Shown here: piece after piece, positions 10,773 through 21,385 of the stretch
How the letters are laid out: each line of letters starts with the position of its first letter
Position numbering within the stretch: position 1 is the first letter of the stretch
Source of the DNA: Hormiphora californensis
Lineage: Eukaryota; Animalia; Ctenophora
DNA length: 64,000 bases
Direction of reading: 5' to 3'
NCBI GenBank assembly: GCA_020137815.1
Contig: CM035356.1
Location: 3,720,001 to 3,784,000, forward strand
Program-made: the position numbers and the translations under genes
Notes under the pieces: model-generated
The model's input: only the letters and a program-made list of their open reading frames with translations
What the model was told of the DNA's origin: nothing
Database searches by the model: none

Positions 10773-12424
10773 TGGCAGTTGCCGAGGCGGGGAGAGAGCT
10801 CCAGATTTGCCAGACAGGGCGAGGAGGGGTGGTGTATCAGCTGCCTCACCTGTTAAATTGCTCTCATCCTGATTTCCAGCCGGTCACTGTGCGGGTGTCT
10901 AAGCAGAATATCAGGACGTGGGAGACCAGTGTTCGGGGAATTAAGATAATTCGGAGAACCTGTAAATGTAAAACAGGATTCTTGGGGGATGTCAGTCGTC
11001 AGAAAAGCCTGAGGACGGAAAAGCTTCCTCGTGGTATAGTAGCAGCTCTCTTCAGGCAGGGAGGGTGCGTTGATCCAGCGGGCAGATTAACCCTCACCTC
11101 AGGAGGAAGGGATTATCAATGCAGAACGGACTGGATGAAGACAACCACGACGGAGGTTATGGAATGCCGGTATTATAAAGGGAAGATACAGAAGGCACAC
11201 GGGGATCAGGCAAGAACTGATATCACCGGGTTTCACGGCTGCGACTACGAACAAGGGGAGTGTAGAGCAACCAGTGGAATCTACCTCCAATGGGAGCGGG
11301 CGGAGACAGAGAAACTGCCATATGTGGAACAAGGAAGGTACCAGGCGGTAAGCACTGGGAAACACCTACTGGTCCCGGATCTGGGCTTGGTACTGAGATC
11401 CACTGCCATGGACGGGGTATGGATAAATGGCCCTTTCCGAGCCAACAGAGAGGAGGAACGAAAAGGCAAGGAAAGCAAGCTGAAGGCGGGCGATGAAAGC
11501 CTGGACGCGTTGCGGAAAGAGGTCAACGCTCGGCTGCAATATGTGTTAGAGGTGATTAAGTCTCCCAGGGCTAAGTTAGAGTACCTGTGTGACCTATATA
11601 ATGAGGTCCGGAAGACGGAGAGACTGACAGCGTACGAGAACCCAGCCCAGTACGCCCGAATTAAGTTGCAGCAGGAAGCAATCACCGCGGTGGCAGCAGG
11701 GGATTACCTCATCATCTACCCTTGCCTACAAGTGAGGGAATGGAGATGGAAGACCTCAACAAAAACAGACAAATGTTATGAGGGACTGGCCATTGAATTC
11801 AAACTGTCAGAGGAATCAACATGGATACCAGGGTTCTTCGATAGCCGAACCAGCGAGTTGAAACTGACGGAAACTCCGGTTGATTGCAGTCTGAAGAAAG
11901 CGCGGGCCACCCTGCTGGGAGGAAAACTGGAATATCACCCAGTTACCGGAGAGCCCCGAGTCATTAACACAACGGGAGCCACCGCATTGGATAACTCGGT
12001 AACAGGAGTACCGATGATCGACCTACTGGACACCGAATGGGTGTACAACCCTGAGGAACTTGGTTCAGAGGAACTCGATCGAATAGACGAAGAAGAAGGA
12101 ACGGGAACTAAGGAGCCTCACCTGGCTTGGCGAGTTCTCGGAATCACCTCAATCTCTTGGGAGGTGGTGGTGAATGCCCTCTGGGAATGGTTCACCAGAG
12201 TGGTGTGTATATGGCTAGTCATACGGGCCTGTTGGAAGGCTCCTATTAAACTGCTGGCCAAGGAAGTGGAAACAAAACTGAGGTTCCGGAAGGTAGACCG
12301 AAATGACTCGCCGGTAAGGAGCGGAACCAAGAGGGACGCTGCTACCCCCCCTGTTGCGGGGAAAGGCAAGGTCCGGAAGCTGTCCGAGGGAGGAGAGAGT
12401 AGAGGAGGAAGCATCATTGGGTAA
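10772..12424 (+). CDS. Envelope-like protein 1: class III fusion glycoprotein-like (herpes gB / chuvirus G type)
   Basis: Cys-rich; CDYEQGEC...LQW; LQYVLE...LCDLYNE; ENPAQYARIKLQQEAITAVAAGDYLIIYPC...KCYEGLAIEF...FFDSRT resembles the gB NP..AR..GDV...C / CY..P.V.F region; C-terminal hydrophobic segment and basic tail. Confidence 0.65.
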   Translation: MAVAEAGRELQICQTGRGGVVYQLPHLLNCSHPDFQPVTVRVSKQNIRTWETSVRGIKIIRRTCKCKTGFLGDVSRQKSLRTEKLPRGIVAALFRQGGCVDPAGRLTLTSGGRDYQCRTDWMKTTTTEVMECRYYKGKIQKAHGDQARTDITGFHGCDYEQGECRATSGIYLQWERAETEKLPYVEQGRYQAVSTGKHLLVPDLGLVLRSTAMDGVWINGPFRANREEERKGKESKLKAGDESLDALRKEVNARLQYVLEVIKSPRAKLEYLCDLYNEVRKTERLTAYENPAQYARIKLQQEAITAVAAGDYLIIYPCLQVREWRWKTSTKTDKCYEGLAIEFKLSEESTWIPGFFDSRTSELKLTETPVDCSLKKARATLLGGKLEYHPVTGEPRVINTTGATALDNSVTGVPMIDLLDTEWVYNPEELGSEELDRIDEEEGTGTKEPHLAWRVLGITSISWEVVVNALWEWFTRVVCIWLVIRACWKAPIKLLAKEVETKLRFRKVDRNDSPVRSGTKRDAATPPVAGKGKVRKLSEGGESRGGSIIG

Positions 12425-12822
12425 GAGTTTTGTTCAGACACGTAGTAAAGTCTGTATTCTCCGTGTTCCCAGATGGGAACAAAGGAGTGTGTGCGTTTCC
12501 TGTCAAGTTATGTCTGTTCGGGGAATTGGGCCCAAAAAATACCTCGACCGACATGCTGACAGTGACATCTCGAGATAAGAGCATGCAATAGAAAGAGAAG
12601 AGAGATGCCATATGAAGGGGCCTAACCCCCCTTGGTGGCGGAGACATGTAACGATCGTTTGGAAGTCAGGTGGGGTGAAGTTGAGTAGTTGTGAAGTGTC
12701 GAGAGTGAGTCACACCCCATGTAAAGGCCTGACGGAGAAGAGTAAAAGTCGGAGACAAAGAAACGAAGCCTTTGCATGACATTGACCTCCGACTCTCCCC
12801 CCATTTAATCCAGCCTCCTCAG

Positions 12823-15019
12823 ATTACAAATACTACCAATATTGTGCCTCCTGGTGGGAGGAGCAATGGCGAATTACGAAGAGAAGACGGTGATTGGTGA
12901 GACAACCGGTATATCCTTGGAGAAAGAAGGTTTTCTACTGGATCGAAACGGGAAACACTACCGTTCCCTTTTCCTCAAGGTGCCCAGTCCCATCACCGCA
13001 AGCGAGGTATGTCAGGGTTTGTGTGGTGATATCTACAAATTTGTTGAAACACGGGCTAAGGGTAGGGTACTAGATTGTCCCACTACCTACTTTCGTGCGA
13101 TTGGTAACTTAGCCGTGATCAATTCTATAACCCTTACTACCGACCACGTCGCCACACAATGCATTCAGAGTTGCCTTCGGCACCCTGACTGCATGCAGGC
13201 GAGCATACAGGACCAGACTTGCATCCTCCGGTCGAGAGGACTGAAAAGGAGCGAGCTGGAAGATGGTGCCTCCACAGATGCCGAATTCAATTTGGCGTGC
13301 ATTTTCGAGAGGCAAGACAAGGGCTCCATCTGTGCGGCCATAGCAGAAGGCATGGGGCAAGGGGAGCTTGTCGCTCTACACCGAGAAAATGGTAAGTTTG
13401 TGAACAACACGTGGCAGGAACTTATGTCCCTTGTACCGAAGCAGAACAGCCGAGGTAAAAGGGGCATCCATAGCTGGCTCAACTCCGGTGGAATGGGTCT
13501 GAGTCTCCTGTCGAACGGTTACAATCTTTGGGCGACTTCGTCTTTGAAAAGACATGTAGGGAAAGTGGAATCGGGCTTTGACGACTTCAAAGCAAAGCAG
13601 ATGCATCTGGATCGAGAGCAGATTGAGGTCGGGGAACAGATAGTTTCAGTCCTGAGGTCTCTTGATTCCAGGATGCAGAGAGAAGAATGCGAGGACAATG
13701 TGAGTATATTGCGTCTCCTTGATCAGCGGCGGCTACTCGGTTGGCGTTTCTACATCGAGCAGCTCTACCGCGGAACAGTAGGAGGGGGATCGATAGGGGG
13801 AATATCTCCCGTCATTTTTCCCAGAAGCTACATGGCAACCTTGATCTCACAGGATCCTCAGCTTAACGCCACTATCTATCGAGACAACTGGGAGTTAGCG
13901 TACCAGTTGGGAGAAGCAGTAGTCATCGCACAAGAGCAGAGAGAAGGTCACTTCTCCGTGCATGTAGTTATCTCCCTCCCCGACCTAGGCCAACAGGAAT
14001 TGAGGCCCGTATACAGCATTCTACAGACAGGAGTAGTACTGAACGGCTCTAATTGTGGCAAGTTCGACCTACCCCAGCGAGTATATCTCGATAGGGAACA
14101 ATTCTATGAGCTCGAAGACACTGTCTGCGAGAGGAGGGGCAAGCTAAGCCTCTGCTGGGGGGGAGCGGGATCAACTCGTAAAGTAGTCTCTTGTCTGAAT
14201 GATGAAGAGGAGTGCAACTTGGTTTTGGAACCGTGTAGCACCCAAGTAAGGGAGTCCAGGGCAGGTATCCAGGTCCGCACTCGGGACGAGGTCCGTGCCG
14301 CAAGAAAAGACACTCCAGCGGAGTACTCGAGAGTTAAGTTGGGACCAACAGGGACCAGATTCTTCAACAGATCAATGTATTCCGGACTGATAATTGGAGA
14401 CTACCTGAGGATAATGGAACCACGAGACGGGGAAGTGGAGCTCCGAAGTCTCCCCAACCCGGATGAATGGGCAGCAACGATGGCCAAGAAGTGGGAGAAG
14501 CATCAGGAAGAGAACCTCACTAGAATCGCAGCTTCCCTACAAGAGCAGAAGGAGGTCCTACACCGAATGAAGGAGACCAACCAGGAAGTCCGCTGGAAAG
14601 AGGTACTCGTAGTAGTAGCTTCAGTTTGTGGGTCTCTGGGGGTCCTCATAGGTCTGGGGTTGTGTGTGAGGGCGAAGATTGCGAGTAACACCCTAGAAAC
14701 AGTAGTTGAGGAATCGGGGTATGAAAAACCAGCAAGTGAGCCTGGCCTCTCACCTCCCCCGTCTCCTCTCGGTCCGCGTAGTGTATCCCCACGTATAGAG
14801 ATACAGGAAGCAGAGTACGAACCTATAAAGGAGGCAGAATACGAACCTATGATGGACCAGCCCCGAACAGGAACTGTGACCTTCCCAATACCGAGAAGAG
14901 AAACCCCTGGCACTCCCCGTCGTCGAGTAAACCCTGGTATTGTCCGATTCTCTGAAATTCTGGCGGCTAACCAGCAGGAAGCAGAGGCTGAAATCCTTAC
15001 TGGAGACAACACATTGTAG
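12823..15019 (+). CDS. Envelope-like protein 2: class I fusion protein (baculovirus F / errantivirus Env-like) with PAN/apple-like insert; probably spliced
   Basis: Signal-like LQILPILCLLVGGAMA after acceptor CCTCCTCAG (12822); furin site RGKR (13451-13462) then GIHSWLNSGGMGLSLLSNGYNLW; heptad region; ISPVIFP; VVISLPDL; Cys cluster; TM VLVVVASVCGSLGVLIGLGLCV; tail with YEPI/YEPM. Confidence 0.75.
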
Positions 15020-15818
15020 GAGGAGTCACCTCACAGGTAACTATAAAAGCCCAATATGCGAAGCTGACGTCACTGCAATGAAATTGTGCATACCGTATTG
15101 GATAGTAATCAGCTGCTAGTTTTACGTTTTAATGCTGCAACGTACCCTTGCAACGAACTGACGTGAACCTTGTTTTCGGTACACACAATACTCAGCTGCT
15201 AGTTTCATGTTTTACTGCTGTTTTACTGCTGTTTTAATTCTGCAACGTGCAAAAAAGTCTTTTTGATCACGAATAGAGAGAAGGCTTGAAACTTTCTATT
15301 TGGCCAGACTATTATATTTGATTTTGACAGAGAGAGAAGCTGAAAAATTTCCTTCTTGGCCATATATTAAGGATATATTAAGAAATATGGAAGAGAGTGT
15401 GTGATTTTTAATGTTACCCGGCTTGGACTCAGACTAGCTTTTAATAATGGAAATGCGAGAGTTTGAGTGAGAGGGCAGCAGTTTTGGCCCAAGATTTATA
15501 ATAAAATGATTTACTAAAAAGAGGGAGGTGTAAGATATGTAATTTAAATGTTAATGTGTGTAAATGAAACTCCACGGACTGTTTTTGGAGTTGGGGTGGA
15601 GGGCACCGCAGGCACCGCAGATTCCTGGAGGGCTCCAGACTTCTCTCTTTCCTGGCAACTCTAACTTGACCTACCTACGTCTCCTCAGTACCTTCTATCG
15701 ACATTCAAATCAACTACATTCAGATCACACACCGTACGGAAGCGCCCTTCCTTCTAAACGCCGAGTGCAGTATACCCAGTTTCAAAAATAGAGGAGGACT
15801 TTATCCAGAGTGTGGGCG

Positions 15819-16650
15819 TGTATGCGGTGCATGCAGAATGGTAAAGTCTTACCATGTTCCTGATAATCGGGGTTTACCCTGATCATTCCGTTGGATCACA
15901 GAGAGAGATAGATCGTCTCTCTCTCCCCTCTCTTCTGTCGGTCATCCGCAATCTCCGAACAATGGTCGAGTAGTTGACAAAGAACTATTCATAACGACAA
16001 GAGGAACGACGCCGACGTGACAGGAGATTTCCATTTGTTATGATCAACGGACAATGGCAACAATGGAGCAGTGATCGCCGATGATTGAGATTTGACAAGA
16101 GATCCCCTTTTGTGAGGACAAAGAGATGAATGGCAACAATGGACGAACTAGCGTCGGGTGATCAGCTTTACCACGAGACATCCATTGTGGGCGACAACAC
16201 CAACAAAGGGACAAAGAGGTCAAGCCGGATGTAGTCAGGCGGATGAGAGGTCAGCGAGCTCGAGGATATAAGTGAGGAACTTGAGGACCAGAGAGCAGTT
16301 CTTTCTTCGGAGACGAGCTTAGGCTCATGAACTCTGTACTGAGAGTGAGAGTGTTGGTTATATTCTTTCTATCTTTTACCCCCTCAAACTACCTTGTGCT
16401 CGATCTATACCCTTAGCGGAAGACACATGAAGGAGGCAACAGTAGCTCATGGCAGGGGCCATGGGACGTACGGTTGACTCTGTGTATTGCTTGAACCCCG
16501 AGATATCTAGTGAAACCTAGTGAGACAGCGGTGAGATTGGAGATGGTCATAGAGTGAGCACTTGAGATGGAGAGTGAGTTCTGGCCTTACAAGGAGGGCA
16601 CCGTCTTTAGGTATCCTAATTGCAGGATACAGTGTCTCATTATGTTTACA
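15819..16650 (+). repeat. 3' LTR
   Basis: 832-bp direct repeat of 7520-8351, preceded by imperfect purine tract AGAGTGTGGGCG. Confidence 0.95.
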
Positions 16651-17901
16651 CGCGGATAAGTAATCGCGGATAAGTAATCGCGGATAAAAATCGCGGATAA
16701 AAAATCGCGGATAAAAAATCGCGGATAAAAAATCGCGGATAAAAAATTGCGGATAAAAAATCGCGGATAACGTTTTTATCTCTTTTTAGGTAATTTGTGG
16801 TCATTCTCAGGTGATTTTGATCGATTCCAGGTCATTTTGCTCATTTCTATGTCAATTTGGCCATTTCTGTACCATTTCTTGGCCACGTTGGTCAATTCTA
16901 GTTCATTTCCAGGTCATTCCTGTATATAGTGCATTGTGCTAGACCATTTTCGTGTGGATTTAGATGGTTCTAGGACACTTCGGTCACATTAGAGTCCTAA
17001 AAGTATCCAAATATACACATAAATTACTCGTAATTGACCAAAGTGTCCCAGAACCATCTAAATCCACACGAAAATGGTCTAGCACAATGCACTATATACA
17101 GGAATGACCTGGAAATGAACTAGAATTGACCAACGTGGCCAAGAAATGGTACAGAAATGGCCAAATTGACATAGAAATGAGCAAAATGACCTGGAATCGA
17201 TCAAAATCACCTAAGAATGACCACAAGTTGCCTAAAAAGAGATAAAAACGTTATCCGCGATTTTTTATCCGCGATTTTTTATCCGCGATTTGTTATCCGC
17301 AATTTTTTATCCACGATTTTTTATCCGCGATTTTTTATCCACGATTTTTTATCCGCGATTTTTTATCCGCGATTTTCTATCCGCGATTTTTTATCCGCGA
17401 TTTTTTATCCGCGATCCGCAATCCGCGATTACTTATCCGCGATTACTTATCCGCGATCCGCAATCCGCAATCCGCGATTACTTATCCGCGATCCGCAATC
17501 CGCGATCCGCAATCCGCGATTACTTATCCGCGATCCGCAATCCGCGATCCGCAATCCGCGATTACTTATCCGCGATCCGCAATCCGCGATTACTTATCCG
17601 CGATCCGCAATCCGCGATTACTTATCCGCGATCCGCAATCCGCGATCCGCAATCCGCGATTACTTATCCGCGATCCGCAATCCGCGATCCGCAATCCGCG
17701 ATCCGCGATCCGCAATCCGCGATCCGCGATCCGCAATCCGCAATCCGCAATCCGCAATCCGCGATCACTTATCCCCGATCAGCAATCCGTGATTACTTAT
17801 CCGCGATCCGCGATCCAATCCGGGATTAATTATCCGCGATTTTATCCGCGATCCGGGACATTATCCGCGAATCCGCGAATCCCCGTTTATTAATACCAGC
17901 T

Positions 17902-20900
17902 AAAGTATAAAAGTATAAAAGTATAAAAGTTATTAATTAGATTAAGTTGAGTAATTGGATAATAAGGATAATATAGTAAGTAGATGATTAAATAATTAAG
18001 TGAGAATTAAGTGTAATAAATTAAATAAAAACTGTGGTAAAAATATTAAAAAGCATGAGATGGCCGATGCAATGAGAACAATTAATAAAGCTAACAGCTT
18101 CGAGATTAACGGTTAATAGTAAACTAATAAAACTGTGATAATAATGATTAGACGGGAGATGGGTGGTGGGAAGGGTGATGAGAGGATAGAACTTAAAGGT
18201 GATATCAATAGTAATTAAAGCTAACATTAAAGCATGATATTAATCTCGGTAGTTAAATAAAGGATAGAGCTACTGGGTTAGAAGATCATCTCCAAATGCT
18301 AGGCTATCATAGACTTCACTGACTAACATTCTAAACTTGTGTTTGAGGTTTCTATCTCTAGTGAAGATCAAAGGTATGTGAAAATTGGCATTGCAGACCG
18401 AAAGGGGTAGACACTGGTCCCTAAGAGCTGTCACTGCACCAGCCGCCGTACACTGGAATAGTTTATGGTATGGAGAGTCCAACTGCTCACCACATTCCAA
18501 GCAGTAGGGTTCTTCATTCGCCTGGCCACGACCCTGGACGGAAAATGCAAAGTTCTGGAACCTTAAATTGTGTCCGTGTATGAAATCAAGGATCCTCGTT
18601 GAAGTTTCTCTGTTCATTGATCTTGTAACAAGTGGGCAAGCAGCAACGGCGCCCGTGTCCACATATTTTTCCAAGTCTTCAATCAATCCAGTTGTTTGCC
18701 CTCTTATAATGTCTGGAAGGGATGCTCAAACGTAGTCGTCCCATATCTTGGAGAAGTATGCATCCATATCTTCTTTGGAGTAGTGAAATCTTTCCGAATC
18801 ATACGTCATGAGGTCGCACTGCCTTAAAAAGGACCGTCTTCCTGTCTCCCTCCCAAGGTCTCCATCCTGTTCACAATCTCCCCACTCGAGGTACCTCTTG
18901 ACATTCGTCGTGTGATGGTAGAAGTAGTGACTAGGCTCGGACTCAATTTGGTAGAGTTTAGCAGTCATCGTGTCCCCCGCTTTTAGTCCTTTAAGGATGA
19001 ATTTCGTTGTTAGAATATCCAGGGTCAGTTTCAGTGGAGGAACACCTGTTAGCATATCTGACAGTACGCCTGAGATGTGGAACTGGCTGCCGAGGATTTT
19101 CAGTTTTGCTCTTGCAAGAAGGTCCTTAAAATAGTCCAAGCGATGCTTCAGCCAGAGCGGCGCTGCATAAAGCAGTTTAGTAAGGACGACAGTTCTAAAT
19201 AGAAGGGACAACGCAGAACTGTTCATTCCTGCTGTTCTAGTGGTTGATCCGGAAAGCTTGTTCCAAGTAAACCAGCAGTTCTGAAGTGTGTAACTTGCAT
19301 GTTTCTTGAAATTCAGCTCTGAATCCAGATACACACCTAGTACCTTACTGGAGTCGGCATAGTTAATAACCTTGGATCCAAGTGTCATCCTTGGAAAGTC
19401 AACTGGTTCACTTCTTTTCGGGAGTATCACCAAGATTTCCGTTTTATCCCTTTCACAATTCACAACGAGTCTCCACCTTCTACACCATGCCTCCATGTAG
19501 TCCAGTACCGATTTCATAGCCAAAGCACATTCCTGGTTACTTCCTGTAACCACAACTGTCCCATCGTCAGCAAATTTGAAGCTCTCACTACATCCTCGAG
19601 CCTGAGTTGGAAGGTTTCTTGTCGTCAGCAGGTCTGCAACATACAAAATAAACAAGAGTGGGGACAAAACTCCCCCCTGTGGTAGTCCGATCATAGTGCA
19701 TCTCCTAGTTCTTCCCACTTTTCCATTGATCTTAAGCCTGACTCATCTGTTCGACAGCATGCAATGAAGCATTAGAAGAAGAGAACCTTTGATACCAAAA
19801 CCATGGAGCTTGTAGATAAGACAAGAGATAGGTACGCTATCAAAAGCCTTCTCAAAGTCAATAAGAAGGATAAACGCAGTAGCTTTTCGCCTACGGTTTT
19901 CATGGAGAGTTGATAGCAACCGATACAGGTAACGGGTGGTACTTCTAACTGGTAGGAAGCCTTCCTGCTCGTCATCTAATATGTCCTCTTCATAGCAATA
20001 GTCTCTCATCCGCCGGTCGATGATCCGTTCTAGAATTTTTCCAATGTAACTCGTGACAGAGATTGGGCGGAAAGACCCTGGGTTAAGGTAAGACTTCTTT
20101 CCCTGCTTCTTTATGAATGTCACGACTGCAGTATCCCAAGGCCACGTAGAAGACTTCAGGCAAAGTGTGAAGAACTCTGCTAAGAACGCCACCGCATTGT
20201 TTCCAAGGTGCTTAAGTAGCTTTGGGTGAACCCCATCTCCATCGACTGATTTACTTCCGGCTTTCTGTGTCGCAATTGCTGCCACGATCTCATCCACTGA
20301 TACTTCTTTATTTAACTCATCCATTCCAACCAGTTCCTCTGTTAGAAATCCGTTCACCTCCATTTCCACCTTTCTGTAGTGATCCTCATCAAAGCTTTGT
20401 GTCAAGAGATGTTTCCCTCCAAAGAATGTATCGAACAACAGTTTCTCCTTTTCAACTTCCCCATGCCGAAGAACTCCATTATCTTGTAGACAACCGATGT
20501 AATTTTCTTCTGGTGTAAGGAACATTGATCTATACCGTTTCCAGAAGATCAGTGTTTCTGCAACATTCAATCCCTCCAGTCGTTTGTGTATCCACGCGTT
20601 TTTCCCCCTTATCAGCTCCTCTTTAAACGTCTGTTTAGCATTCTCCAGGTTCTCTTTGTTCGTTAGCGTTCTTCTGTAACGGTATTTTTCCTGTGCTTCT
20701 TGAAGACACCTGGAAAGAACTGTTAGCTCTTCGGTCCAGTATGGTTTTGAGTGTAAACAGACCACTTTCCTTGCGATAAATAGTTCACACGTCTCCTTTA
20801 TACAGTCCAGCAGAAACTTATTCGCCTGTTTAGGGTCTGTCATCGTTGCTGGGTCCACTCTCCCCAAGAGATGATCCAGGTGGCCAGTCCATTCCTCCCA

Positions 20901-21170
20901 ATCAGTATTCCTGAAGTCGTAGACACTTTTCCTAGAAGAGTCTGGGGTTCGGGTTTCTATTCTAGCTAAAATCGGTAGATGTCCTCTTGCTGGTGCTCCA
21001 GTGAAGATGCTGAGACCGTCCTCCTCATCCGCCCAAGGTCCATCGACAGGAGTTCCAGAATTCCCAAAACGTAAGATAAGATCAATGACACTTCCTCCGC
21101 CCGTACATAGAAATGTATTCGATAGAGGGGAAAGAATTTCACCACCAGATGAGCTGCAGAAGTCTTCCAG
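17902..21170 (-). mobile_element. 5'-truncated LINE (end of APE, RT, C-terminal CCHC finger) with two in-frame TGA stops and (TACTTTTA)n tail
   Basis: ORF pieces 19743-21170, 18726-19718 and 18270-18686 share one frame; motifs FRPISVTS, QEGF, IDFEKAFD, GLPQGGVLSP, FADD, KVLGVYLD, CLECGEQLDSPYHKLFQC; tail 17902-17930. Confidence 0.88.
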
Positions 21171-21310
21171 AGTATAAAAAGTGATAAACAGTATAAAAAG
21201 TGATAAACAGTATAAAAAGTGATAAACAGTATAAAAAGTGATAAACAGTATAAAAAGTGTATAAACAGTATAAAAAGTGTATAAAAACAGTATAAAAAGT
21301 GATAAACAGT
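21171..21310 (+). repeat. 19-bp minisatellite (AGTATAAAAAGTGATAAAC)n
   Basis: About 7 tandem units visible. Confidence 0.9.
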
Positions 21311-21385
21311 AAACTCCGTAATTTTTATAACTAACAAAACTTGACATGCCATATTTTACTTCTAGGTCGTCATGTCAATTAGAAA

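Larger units (their letters stand above)
7520..16650 (+). mobile_element. Pol-less Ty3/gypsy-type LTR element with gag and two envelope-like genes (9131 bp)
   Basis: TG...CA LTRs of 832 bp at 7520-8351 and 15819-16650; CGCG TSD at 7516-7519 and 16651-16654; PBS after the 5' LTR; three tandem + strand ORFs; no RT/IN/PR motifs found. Confidence 0.93.
7074..17901. mobile_element. Palindromic foldback DNA element (~1.7 kb without the LTR insertion): left arm 7074-7519 plus 16655-16986, spacer ~48 bp, right arm 17035-17901
   Basis: Termini AGCTGGTATTAATAAACGGGG / CCCCGTTTATTAATACCAGCT are perfect inverted repeats; arms are GCGGAT(T/C) arrays plus an inverted unique segment; AAA on both flanks may be a 3-bp TSD. 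Confidence 0.85.

Noticed and set aside
8352-15818. Hidden or antisense pol in the LTR element
   Set aside because: No RT, RNase H, integrase or protease signature recognised in the listed ORFs; antisense ORFs are short shadows of the sense genes
18726-19745. Selenocysteine or alternative genetic code for the TGA codons
   Set aside because: TGA ends other genes in the window normally, and no SECIS was recognised
21171-21352. Hydrophobic N-terminus of ORF 19743-21347 and ORF 20966-21352
   Set aside because: Read-through into the 19-bp minisatellite beyond the LINE truncation point
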